From positions 2,666,001 through 2,730,000 of the forward strand of contig NW_027117339.1 in the NCBI RefSeq assembly GCF_038025025.1: 64,000 bases of DNA, read 5' to 3'. Under the pieces are notes generated by a model. It was given only the letters and a program-made list of their open reading frames with translations. It ran no database searches and was not told the DNA's origin. Made by a program: the position numbers and the translations under genes. Positions 49,107 to 61,845 of the stretch are shown in pieces; within the stretch, counting starts at the first letter, position 1, and each line of letters starts with the position of its first letter. The stretch comes from Phyllosticta citribraziliensis (Eukaryota).

Positions 49107-49661
49107 GCATCGATAAGTGATCGATTCGGAGGACTTTGGCGGCTACCTCGACCAGCTGGCAGCACGAAACGGTCTTTTCCTTGCAAGTTGGCCTACTGCA
49201 TCGAGGATCGGCAGGAGTTTGTATTGGCTCCGAGGTTGGATCAGAGGGCGACAGGCTTGTGTTTTGATTAATTGTATGTGGCGTTGACCTTCTGTTTTTC
49301 CTTTCTTCGAGTCTCTCACTCATCCACTCTCCCTCACCTCTTGAGCAGAGGTGTGTAGGGATTATTCCCTTGTATAGATTCCCCCGTCGTGTTGCACATC
49401 GCTCGCATCGTCTACTTCGATGGAACTCTTCAAATGAATAAAAGGCTCTTCGTAATGTGTGTATTTATGCGCTATCAAGACACGGTCAGGGCGACGTTGT
49501 AGGGAGCCTCCCGATGACTGTTTGGAGGACCTCTTTCCCTGGTTGATTCTGTACGGGGCCTAGACGTCGTCGATATTGGGGTATATTGCAGATCGATGTC
49601 GACAGCCCAGCACAGGCAGGGTCTAGTCCAGTCCCTCGTTTGGGGTGGCAGTGTCAAGTTA

Positions 49662-49993
49662 TTATGCGCTCTTGGGTTGCGCGGGCTTTTCGGGGACCTT
49701 GACGTCGTCGAAGTCGTCCTGGGCTACAGCGCGAATGGTAAAGGCATCTGTGGCCAAGTCAGGCACAAGGAAGGGGAACGACGCAAAGGCTCAGAGACTT
49801 ACAAACTCCAATCGCGAAGCCAAAAATTGCGGCGCCCGTGAGAACATTCTTGATCAGGTAGGGCTGTCGCGCGCGGACCAGAGCAGGCGACTGACGCCAG
49901 TGTTTGTCGTAGTATGATGAGCGCGGGATCCTTGGCCTATGGTTAGCTCGCCAAGCTGAGCGACAGGCCCTGGGTTGGTTTTACTCACGCCAT
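49662..49993 (-). CDS. COA3: Cytochrome c oxidase assembly factor 3 (Coa3/Cox25)
   Basis: Exons 49993-49989, 49936-49803 and 49747-49662 splice to MAPRIPRSSYYDKHWRQSPALVRARQPYLIKNVLTGAAIFGFAIGVYAFTIRAVAQDDFDDVKVPEKPAQPKSA*; single TM segment. Confidence 0.88.
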
Positions 49994-50344
49994 GGTGTAG
50001 GAGAGAGAAGAGACAGGCTGCACTGCACTGGTTTCTCAGCACACCACCTCCGATGGACACGACGGGACTTCGGTTGGAGGCGTCCGGTGCGCCAAGAAAG
50101 GTCCAAAGGCGGCAAGCCAGGCGGTCAGGAGTCGCAGTCCGTCGCGCCCGCCCGCCCGTCCTCCGCGAACCGCCATCCGCGAACCGCCCTCTGCCATCCG
50201 CAACTCCAACTTCAACCTTTACTGCTCTTCAACGCGACACTCAGGAAGCAATTTGATTGACAGAATTCCTCGCTCGATCGGCTAGGCATGGGCTGCCTTT
50301 GTGACGCGTGATCATCGACTTTTACACCAACACAACACCACATA

Positions 50345-53037
50345 ATGGAAGGTCAAGCATCGGCGACCTCAAACCCTCTGGTCGCCCAGCTGAAGCAGGC
50401 CCGCCAGGTCGTGCTTGAGAATGCTGCAAACTACCCGACCATCATCCCCAGCATCCTGCCCATCATTGGTGCTGAGGCCGACCTCGAGTTGCGCAGATGG
50501 GGTGCCGAGTTCCTCGCCGAAACCTTTGCGTCGCCCGTACTGCCTACCGAGCAAAAGCAGCAGCTGAGTCTTCCTGTGCTCGACAGAATCAAGGACTATC
50601 TGGACACGCCCGGCGAAGATGTTGCCGTGGTCAAAGGCGCCGTGCAGGCCGCCGCGAGCATCTATCCTCTGGTTTTCAGACACATGTGAGTGAGAAATGA
50701 GCAGCGCCCACCTCTCCATTCGACCCATGCCACATACGCGTCCCGGGACTGGTAAAGGATAATTTCTCATGCTTGAATCGTGTCCAGCATTTACAACCCG
50801 CACGACAGCTCCATCTGGACAAAAATGGCCGCAATCAAATCAAACATTCTGCGCAGGATGGATTCGGCTCCTCCTGGTGCTCGCATATGCTGCATCAAGT
50901 TTGTTCAGCGTGTCGTTCAAACCCAAACTCCCGGTTTGATCGCTGATCCTAGGGTGCGCTCCCATCTTGGTTGCTTGGCTGCCTGGCGTGTTGGCCCTCT
51001 AACTGCGTACAGCGACCCGAGCACAATGAGATATCGCTGGCTTTGGTACCGAGAGATCACCCTCTGATCCCGCCGCCAAACTTGGAGGCTGAGGCGTCCG
51101 GCCTGTTGGACAGGTTGCTAAGCATCCTTCAGGAAGAAGCAAGGTCAGGGCAGCGGGACGGTCATTTCGGAGAGGTTCTGACAGAATTCAGTGATGCCCT
51201 TCTCGTGACAGCCACTCTGAACTGTCTGGGTGGTTTGATCCGCACCCGTGCCTCTATTGCGAACAAGATAGTATCCACTGTCCTCAGCTTCAATCCTTTG
51301 AAACTGGCAAACTCGCCCATGACGCCGAAGAACAAGGTCATGGTAAAATCAATGGAACGCTCTACAAGGGCCCTTCTCCTGAATGTGATCAAAAAGTACG
51401 TCCGCGGCAGAGCATCGTAGGGTCTTGTTCTGATGTCTGTCTTTTAGGAACCCCAACCACCCTCTGGCAGCAAGGATCCAATCACACATCGACCGGCTTC
51501 ATCACACTCGTCTCGAGATTTTCGATGAAATCAGCCGCAAGAGACCGGCTCCCGCAGAGCCAACTGACGGCCTCGACCACGCAAAGCGACAGCGCTTGGG
51601 AGCAGATGTTTCCGGCATCATTCAGCCCCCTGCACTAGGATCCGGTCCTGTCAGCTACGCTCAGCTCTACACTTTGACGCAAGATGAAGGCTCCAAGAAC
51701 TTCGACGTGCAGGCAATACCGATTGACCTTCTGGTCAGAATACTGGTACCACTCATTGGGTCGATAGATAAACCACACCTCGACAATGCCATCAACGTAA
51801 GTCCATCCAAGTCCGCGGTATAGCCACGTCCATCGTTCTTCGCCTTTCGTTGCCGTTGTCGGGTGGTTTCGATGTCATGTCTTCATGCTACGGAAGGCTA
51901 GTATATGGTGTTTGCTGCGAAAGTTCAGGAGGGTACTTTGGCGTCCGGACCATTGGTTAACCATTCTCCATCACAGGCGGTCAGGTCACGCTATCTGTCC
52001 CTCACCAAAACCCAGCGCGTCGCACCGTTGTCCGCGGACCTCTCGAGTCAAAAATTGACAGCTGTCGATGAGGATGACGACTACGAGCCGGAGTTTCAAC
52101 CAACGGACAATTCCGATTCATTCGATACCAAAATGGACAACACACCCGGCGCTGCTCCACTGCAATTATTGCCAGAGACAACCCTGGGTACTTTCCATCT
52201 TCCATCACCACCTGCCTTGACGGTACGAGAAACGGCGGAGTATGGTCGATGTACCATAACCCGCGTTTTCGAGGTCATGGCCGCCTTGGATGATCCGGGT
52301 CGTGCTAAGGGCGCGAAGCACGGATTCAATCGTCTGGCAGCTAGCAACTACGATCGGGACGCATGGGTTACAATCATTACCCGCCTGGCCACTCGTGCCT
52401 CTTCTGGTCTGGAGGAAGGCCCGGTCAAGTCTGAGGATGAAGCTTCGCTGGCGAAGAATGCCTTCATCAGCAATTCCATTCGAGATTCACTTTACCTCTA
52501 CGTGCTCGAAGATTTTCGGCGCCGGATCGACGTTGCCATTTCATGGCTGAGTGAAGAATGGTACAACGATCGTCTCCAGCCACGCGAATCGGAAGACGAT
52601 CCAACTTCTCACTACGAGAAGTGGGCGCTCAAGGTGCTGGATGGCATTCTACCATATCTTGACGCCAAGGACAAGGTCCTCATCCGTTTCTTGTCCGAGA
52701 TCCCAGAGCTCGTCGAAGGCATGCTTGATCGCGTGAAAGGACTAGCACGAGATCCAGAGCGAATTTCTCTTGCGGTCAACTCCATACAGTGAGTCGCTTT
52801 GCCACTGCAGTATCTCCTACCGCTTGTCACTAACCGGTCATCTTCTTCGCAGTTACCTCATTCTCATGAGACCACCGGTGCGCGACGTCTGCATCGATGC
52901 GGTTGAAGACCTGTGGAGAAATTGTAAGTCTTTCCGTTCAATCATCCACCCGGGTTTCAACTGACTGCCGTGTAGATGAAGGAGCGAAGAGCGTGACGAC
53001 AAAGCTGATCTCGAAATGGCGTCCACACCTTCTTTAG
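50345..53037 (+). CDS. PTA1: mRNA cleavage/polyadenylation factor subunit Pta1 (symplekin-like)
   Basis: Motifs LRRWGAEFLAE, ICCIKFVQRVV, LEAEASGLLDRLL, EDFRRRIDVAISWLSEEWYND and LIRFLSEIP; last exon ends KWRPHLL-TAG at 53035-53037. Confidence 0.88.
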
Positions 53038-54440
53038 GGGTGGCTAGTAGAGGAAAGCATGATACATAGCTAGGCTTAGTATAAAATAAAGAACTTTGTC
53101 TTACTATTCATTATACTACATGTGTACACCATAACTGCCATTATTATATACTAAGTACCTAGGATACCTAAGGCTGTCAATATAGGCAGCGCACCGGCGC
53201 GCGCACCTATGTGAGCATAGATAGATCTAGGCCCTGTATAGTTGTATAAGATAGCCTAAGGCCACCTCTAGCTACTATAGCCTAAGGCTAATTAATACCT
53301 TATAATAACCTATTAATAGCTAATCTTACTATTAACCTAATATTAATTATTAACCCTTATATAAAGTATAAGAGGTAAATAGGTTTAAAGAAAAGGTATT
53401 ATAGTACCTAGTAGAGTAATTTAATATAGACTACTTTTAATTAATAGGTAGGGATAATATCTCTTAACCCTAAACTCTTTATACTAAGATTATACTACTA
53501 TTCCTTATCTAATTATAAAGATTTTTATAGTATCTTTCTTAGTAGGTCTAAAAGTACTAGATTATACCTTTATATTACTACTAGTATATATTACTATCTA
53601 GTAAGGGGGTAAAACCTAGTTTTTCCCTACCCTTTCTACTTTAAAAACAATTTCCTACCTACTAAGGCCTAGTACTACTTTAGAGAAAAAATAAAGTAAA
53701 TTTTAAATACCCCTCTAGACCTCTTAAATTTTTTCTAAGCTACCCTAAGCTACTACTAACCTAAATAAAATCTAAAAAGAATACTACTTTACTTATAAAT
53801 ATCTTAATACTAAGACTAGCTACTTAAATAAAACCTATATTATTTAAACTATCTAAGCCTACTTTATAAGACTCTAGTTTTAATATACTAAGAACCTACC
53901 CCTAGATACTAAAATAATATAAAATAAAAAATCCTTAAATAAAAAATACTTCTATTAACTATCTATTAGGCAATCCTCTAATTTTAGGGATTAAAAAAAA
54001 TAGAGAAATAGAATATATTCTTTATCTTAGAAAGCTAAGAAAAACCCCTAAATAATAGGGCTAAAAATAGCCTTTTTCTCTCTAGAAAATAGGTTTTTAT
54101 TTCTTTTTTAAAGAAATATAAACTAGAACTTCTCCTCCTAATCTCTACTAATTAAATCTAACCCTCTAAAATACTCCCTTACTAAGAACTAAGTAAGGAG
54201 GCACCTACTATTAAATATTACGCGCCTTAGCGCGCGTAGTTTATATTTTATAGTATTTAGTACTTAGTATTTACTACATATATATATACTAGCTATTTCT
54301 AATTAGTTAGGAAGTAGATAGTTATTCTATATAGGCTATATAATAACTACTCTTACTCCTTACCTATTAATTATTAGTAGTCTATATTAATTTACTCTAC
54401 TAGGTACTATAATACTATTAATAGGTCCTCTTACTACTTA

Positions 54441-55092
54441 TGAGAGGATAAGACTTATTATCTATCCCTTACTAATAAGTTTTCTTACTTTAATCATGTC
54501 CTATAAGGTATTAGGATAAAATACTATAGTTTTATAGAAGTACTAGGTATTATTATTTTATAGTCTATAGCCTTAAGTAAGGTATATAAGTAAGATTCTA
54601 GACTAAGATAGTCCTATTAGTAATAGAGATATAATATCTTATTATATTATATAGTTAATAACCTATATAATAGCTAAGAGTAGCTAGTCTACTAATAGTA
54701 TAGTACTATTAGCTACTCCTTAATCTATACTAATAGCTAGCTAGTAGTTATCTACTACTAGCCTATTATCTAGCTAACCTATTACCCTTTAGGGTAATAA
54801 TAATAATAAACTACCTACTAGTACTATAGTACTAATAACCTAATAGCTCTAGGAGTAGGTCCTAGGGCTTATATAGGTAATTTATAATAGGGGTAATATA
54901 CTAGGCTATAAGGTCTAATACTAATTTACTAATCCTAAGTACTAGTCTAGTAATAGCTTACCTAAGGACTATTATATATAGTATAGTAGTATTAAGGATA
55001 AGCTATTATTTAATAGTAGCTAGTATTAGAATAATATAGCTAAGGCTATATATATTTACTCTTACCTAGCTAGTAAGGCTACTTTAGCTACT

Positions 55093-55184
<92 letters not shown>

Positions 55185-56542
55185 GGATAATAGTAATAAC
55201 CCTACTACTATCTAGACCCTACTAGATAGCTTATATAGTATTATAGACTAGTAAAGCTATACTATTACCTAGCTTACTAGTATAGACTTAGTCTTAGGTA
55301 CTAAGGTAGTCTTTAAGATATTATTATAGATATTCTATATATTAGCTTACTAAGCTAGCTAGGATAGCTATATAACTAAAGATTAGCTAATCTATAAGCT
55401 CTATAAGCTATTCTATAATATTACTATTACTAATATTATAGCTAGTTATAGTAAGCTATTGTAGGTCTTAGACTAGGCTACTAATATTAGCTAGGCCCTC
55501 TTATTAGATAACTCCTACTATTAGTACTACTACTAATATTAAATAAGAGTAAACTACTATACTAGATAATTATAGTTATTAGTATTATAGTAGCCTAGGT
55601 TACTAGATAAAGGACTACCTATATATTAACCTCCTAGAGTAATATATAGTTTATACCTATACTACTACTAATATAGAGGAGGTTTAGAAGGACTTTATAG
55701 ATAGAGTTAAGGATTATAGAGTTATTATTATAGATATTAGTATAGGTAATATTATAGACCTAGATAAGATATTAGGAAATAAGTAGCCTCCTATAAAAAT
55801 ATAATAGAAGGTACTACCTTACCTATAAGATAGCTATTAGTTATTTAATATAATTAGGAAATAGAGTTATAGATCCTTCTTATTATTCTTATACTATATA
55901 TATCTATATATATCCTAATAAGCCTCTATAGCTAGTCTATATCCTTATTAACTCTAGCTATATAGGAGGCTTATATATAAGTTATTCCCTTAAGTATAAG
56001 CTTATTACTACTAGTACTTAGAAGTAATAGTTATATAGGCTCTAGATAATTAGTAACTATATATATAGCTAGACCTAATATCTTACCTATAAGCTTATTA
56101 CTAGCCTATTATTTAGCTTAGAATATAGAGATAGTTCTATATTTTTTAATCTATAGGCTTCTATAATAATTACCTAGATTAGTCCTTTATATAATTTATT
56201 TATTAGCTTAGACTATATATACTAGTTTAGTTTTATACTAGATCTAGGATATATATTATTAAAGATTAGAGGAGTAAAGTTAAGTAGGTTATACTAGTAT
56301 AGTACTAATTTATAAAATAATTTATTAGCTAAATCTTAGGATATTTTAGAAAGATCCTAGATAGCTTCTAAGCTAATTAAATCCTTACTACCTATCTAGA
56401 TATTATCTTAGGTATTATAGACTAGTATAGTCTATCTATATATATCTACTATAGATATACTACTACCTATAACTATAACTATAACTCTCCCCTAGACTAG
56501 TAGCTAGTTATCTAATAACTATACCCTACTATTATTACTATC
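54441..56542 (+). mobile_element. RIP-degraded retroelement gag-like fragment (boundaries tentative)
   Basis: 55577-55618 TAT TAG TAT TAT AGT AGC CTA GGT TAC TAG ATA AAG GAC TAC reverts to CQYCGSPGHRIKDC (CX2CX4HX4C). Confidence 0.5.
55095..55184. repeat. (AAT)n trinucleotide microsatellite, about 29 units
   Basis: Perfect TAA/AAT run seen directly. Confidence 0.95.
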
Positions 56543-59500
56543 TGAGATGAATTGACATAGATAGAGTAGATAGGTAGTAGAGTAGGTATAAGGCCTATAA
56601 GGATACTAAGGAGCAGGGTTAGCTAAACCTTAGTTATATAGTAGTATATATACCTAAGTAAGCTATAGGCTAAGTTAGCTATAGCTCTATATCCTCCCTA
56701 CTACTCTACCTTATAATTATTAATTATTAGCTAATTAACTTACCTTACTTAGTACTAATTTACTACTTTATAATATTATTATAAGGTTACCTTATTATCT
56801 CCTTAAGTAAGAGCCTAGGTTTCTATTCTAGCTAAAGACTTAAGCTAATAACTCTTCTTTTACTCTATTAGGTAAGTTTAGATTAAAATTACTATATATA
56901 TATATAATATATAAAACCTAGTTACTATATAATACTAACTAGATAGGTTACTAAAATAAGATATAGTACTATAAGTAGTATAGATAACTATACCTATTAA
57001 TATTATAGCTTCTAAGGAGTAAGTTATAATTAGTATAGAGGACCTTAAATTAATAAAGGATATAATTAATAAAGTTAGAGATATTAAGAATATAATAATT
57101 ATTAATAGCTAGAGTAATAAGTACTAGGTAGTCCTTAATTAGCTTATTACTAACTACTATAATAAAGATAAGTATTACTATAAGTATAAAACTAAAGTTA
57201 ATATACTCTAGAACTAACTAATAGCCCTCTAAAATAAGTATAATAAGTATAAGGCTTAGTAGCCTAATAATTTATATATAGTAAATAATAACCTTTAAGC
57301 TTAGTTAACTATAAGTAAGGATAATATTAAAGCCCTCTATAATAAGGCTACTATTTACTTTACTACTAATAGTAGCTCCTATTCTAAGCCCTAAGTCTAT
57401 AATCTAGATAAATTTAATACTAACCTAGATAAGTATAAGGACTAGTATAGTAAACTTAATATTAAGCTTTACCTTAATATACTTACTTAGGATAATAATA
57501 CTAAAGTTACTACTTATATCTTATCCTACCTCTCTATTAAAGTAGATAAAGCCTTTATTAGATACTAGAAGGATAGTATTATTACTATCTTATCCTTAAA
57601 GCTAAAGTATAAGCTTAATTCTATATATAATATTAAGAATAAGTAGGGTAATACTATTACTAAGCTTAGTACTCTTATATAAAGTACTACCCTACTAAAA
57701 GAGTTCCTTATTAAGTTCTAGTCCCTTATTATAGCTACTAGCTAGGATAATATAACTATAAAGGAAAGCCTATTAGTTAAGCTTTTATAAAGTAACTACT
57801 ATCTTATACTTACTTAATATAATAACTCTCTTAATAATATAATCTTATTTCTTATAGAGACTACTAATACTTAGGCTACCTATAACTATACCTTTAGTAC
57901 TAAGACTTATAAGGATAGAGATAATAATATATATACTAGTAGATATACCTCCTATAGAGGATATAGTAGATATAGAGGATTCTATAGTAGTTAAGGTAGT
58001 AATAGTACTAATACTAATACTACTTATATAGATAATAAGGATATAGAGAAGGATAAGAATATTACTAGTAAATATAATATATCTATAGTAAAGTATTATA
58101 ACTATAATAAGATAGGCTATATCTCCTATAACTACCTAGATAAAAATAAGGATAAGGTTTAGTCTATTTATATTATTAATACTAACTTAGAAAATAAGTA
58201 GCCTTACTTAAAGTTATAGAGTAGGGTATATAAGATAATAGTTTAGATAAGGATAGATTAAGTAGTAATAGACTCTCTTTATCCTACTCTTATATTATCT
58301 ATATATATATTATAGGATAAGTTATCCCTCTTTAAGCCCTAGTAGATACTAGCTATAGAGGGTATATATATATTAATACTTTATTAGTAAACTATCTCTA
58401 CTAGTATAGAGTATATAAGTAGCCTCTAGAAAAGCCTTATATTATAATAGATTTTACTAGAAAAGACTACTACTAACTTATATACTAATTAAACTTCTAT
58501 CTATAGGTAGGACTATATTATAACCTTTCTATACTATTTATAATTATACTACTTAATAAGGATTATAATATATATATTAGCTAGAAGTACTAAAGGTAGT
58601 ATAGCTTTATAATTAATATAGGAGCTAGTACCCTAGAGATTTAATAACTAGTAAATATAAATATAGGATTACTCTATAAGAATAGTAAATTATAGATAAT
58701 ACCTAAAATCCTAAAGAGGATTCTACTAGTAAAATTAGACTAATTAGAGTATAAGTAGCTAAGCTAGCTAGTTCTACTAGTAGAACTAGATAACTAAAAG
58801 ACTTAAGATAAAAGTAGAAATTCCCTAATAGAAACTAATACTAAGTATACTTATAGTAAAGAATTAATTATAGTAATAATTAGATATAAGGCTCTATTAC
58901 TATTACTATATAAGATATAAGTAAAGTAGGATAGTACTAAAGATATTACCCCTATCTTATAGTCTATATATAAAAAGATAATTAAGAAATATAGCCTAAA
59001 GGCCTATAGTACTATATTTCTACTTATAGATAATAATAGTAGGATAGAAATAATAGTTTATTATCTTATTAATACTAACTACCCTAAAGTAATTAATAGT
59101 ATATAAAATAAAGGAGTAAATTATATTAGCTAAGAAGACCTTAATTACTAATAGACTAAATACTTAAAACTAGCTACTAATCTAAAGACTAAAGTACTAG
59201 AGGAGTATTATAACCTACTTAAGGTATTTTTTAAAGAAGTATCTAATAAACTCCCCCCTTTCTATCCTAGACTAGACTTTAAAATTAAATTAAATAGTAA
59301 TACTATTAGTATTAGATATAGTAGGCTATTATATATATCTAAAGTAATAGTAGGTAAGGTAAAGTAGTATATTTAAGAGAATAAGGCTAAGGATTTTATT
59401 AAGAAAAGCTACTCTTCTATCTTATCTTCTATTCTACTAGTTTATAAGCCTAGAGATAGTATATAGTTCTATATAAACTATTAATATCTTAATAGTATAA

Positions 59501-60266
59501 TAAAGAAGGATAGATATACTATCCTATTAATTAATAAGACTATTACTCTTATTAGAGGAGCTAAATAGTTAACTAAAGTAGATATTAGGTAAGCTTTTAA
59601 TTATATCCTAGTAGATAAAGACTTATATAATCTTATAATATTTTAAATAAAATTTAGTACCTACTATTATAAGGTAGTATCCTTTAGTATTACTAATAGA
59701 CCTATAGTCTAGTAATACCTTATTAACTAATACCTTATAGAGTTTCTAAATAAGGTTTATATAGTATACCTAGATAATATACTTATCTATAGTAAGATAC
59801 TTAGTTAGTACTACTAGTATATCTGTAAAGTATTAAAATATCTCTAAGATTAGGGCTTATAAGTAGATTTCTATATATAAGAAATAAAGTTTTTAGGAGT
59901 GATTATTACTACTAGGGGCTAAAAAATAGACCCTATAAAGATTAAAGTAATTATAGGCTAGTAAGCCCCTTACTCTATATATAATATCTAATTATTCTTA
60001 GGATTTATAAACTTTTATAGGTATTTTATTTATAGATTTAGTAGTAAAGCTAAGCTACTAATATAACTAATAGGAAAGGATACCCTATTTATATAGGGAC
60101 TAGAATAGTAGTAGGTATTTAAGGCTCTTAAAGATACTATAATAAGTATACCTATATTATACTACTTTAACCTAAAGCTTAAGACTATTATAGAAACTAA
60201 TATATCTAATATTAATATTAGTAGGGTTCTCTCTTTAAAGATTAATAAATAGATATACCTAGTAGC
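56543..60266 (+). mobile_element. Ty3/Gypsy LTR retrotransposon relic A (gag-PR-RT-start of RNase H), interrupted at 60266; 5' boundary tentative
   Basis: De-RIP motifs: zinc knuckle CYNCDKIGHISRDC at 58094-58135; protease LVDTG at 58339; RT SPILLV.KP...FCVDY at about 59425-59490 and VYLD(D)ILIYSK at about 59764; RNase H ET(DA)S at about 60193. Confidence 0.85.
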
Positions 60267-61164
60267 TATAAGGCTTAAAGAGGCAAGTACTATATTTAGC
60301 TAACTAAAAGTCTAAGGTAAAGAGAAAAGGAGAAGTAGAGTAAGAGAGAAGGTAGAGAAGTAGTTATAGTAGGCTAATTACTTAGCCTACTAAGTAAGCG
60401 CATAGTTATATACTTACTTTTACTAGGTAGGATTCTAGTAAACTAGACCTTATATAGGTATAGGCCTAATACTACCCCCCCCCTCTACTAGGTAAAGTCC
60501 CTTAAGCTAGGGAAGTAGTAGTACTAGGTAGTCTATCCCCTAGATCTATCTAATTAACTAAGTTATCTAGAGGTAGTAGCTTATTTAGGTTAAGGTAGTA
60601 GTATTCTAGGATAAGGTTCTTTATATAGATAAACTTAGTCTAAGGGAGCTACTAGGGGTTAGTATTCTAGTTATCCTAATAGCTAATAAAGGTGGCCTTA
60701 TACTAGATACTAAAATACTTTATTTTATAGAAGTTAATAACTTTAGTAACCTCCTACTTACTATAAGGGCTATCCTTAGGGCTATTATAGGTAAGGATAT
60801 TAGGGCTAGCTAGCTCCTAGACCTAGCTAGGAAAAGGGGCTAGGATAAGGTAGAGTTTCTAAGGGTAGAAGATTAGGGTAAGGCCCTTAGTAAGCTTATC
60901 CTCTAGGATAGTAAGTTTACAAGCCTTATAGTTAATAATATACTTAATTAGCTAAGGGCTATACTATTTCTAATCTAAGCTCTTACTAGGCCGTATTATA
61001 GAGAAGTCCCTTATATCTATATAGATAAGGTCCCTAATCTTATAGTTTAGGTATAGGGTATAGTATAGATAAGTATCCTAAGCTACTAATTAATAGCTTA
61101 GGTCTAGGTAATAATATAGTTAGTATAGTTAACTCTAGGGTTTTAGTTAATATTTAGTAGTAGT
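60267..61164 (-). mobile_element. Chromoviral Gypsy relic B: integrase C-terminus, chromodomain, PPT and 3' LTR (60267-60471)
   Basis: Minus-strand de-RIP reading GDLVYV...RPSKSLD...GPW...IFHP...EWEV.EV...QYKATF; PPT GAGGGGGGGGGTAG abuts 60471; LTR ends TATAAGGC/GCCTAATA revert to TGT..ACA. Confidence 0.8.
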
Positions 61165-61845
61165 TGTCACAGCGCCTAGTAGAGCGAATTAATACTAACT
61201 ACTAATAATTAATAGGTAAGGAGTAAGAGTAGTTACTATAAAGCCTATATAGGAAGACTATCTACTCCTTATAGCTAATACTAACTATATATAGCTAGTA
61301 TATAGGAGAAAGGTATTACTAAAACCTAGAAATACTAGAGGTATACTAGCATATATAATACTACCCCCCCCCCCCCCCCCCCCCCTCCTAATAAGTAATA
61401 ACCTTATTACTTAGTTAGGAGTCTAGCTAATAGGTAGCTATAGTCCTAGGTGCCTTTTATAATACTATAGAATAATATTATATATAGTATTAAACTCTCT
61501 ATTTATTACGGCGCCTAGTAGAGCGAATCAATGCTGGCTACTAATAATTAATAGGTAAGGAGTAAGAGTAGTTAGTTACTATAAAGCCTATATAGTAAGA
61601 CTATCTACTCCTTATAGCTAATACTAACTATATATAGCTAGTATATAGGAGAAAGGTATTACTAAAACCTAGAAATACTAGAGGTATACTAGTATATATA
61701 ATACTACCCCCCCCCCCCCCCCCCCCCTCCTAATAAGTAATAACCTTATTACTTAGTTAGGAGTCTAGCTAATAGGTAGCTATAGTCCTAGGTACCTTTT
61801 ATAATACTATAGAATAATATTATATATAGTATTAAACTCTCTATT
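61165..61845 (-). repeat. Two adjacent direct copies (61165-61503, 61504-61845) of an LTR + G-run PPT + about 140 bp internal segment
   Basis: Near-identical units start TGTCACAGCGCC and TATTACGGCGCC; LTRs at 61165-61360 and 61504-61703; each is followed by CTA and C21-22. Confidence 0.9.

Noticed and set aside
53599..54184. Possible MITE/DNA transposon bounded by TAGTAAGGGGGT and ACTCCCTTACTA
   Set aside because: Only 11 of 12 bases match in low-complexity RIP sequence, the match does not extend, and no TSD or transposase is evident.
61165..61845. Direct repeats as a CRISPR-like array or ncRNA cluster
   Set aside because: Only two 340-bp units with LTR termini and PPTs in a eukaryotic repeat block; no spacers or cas genes.
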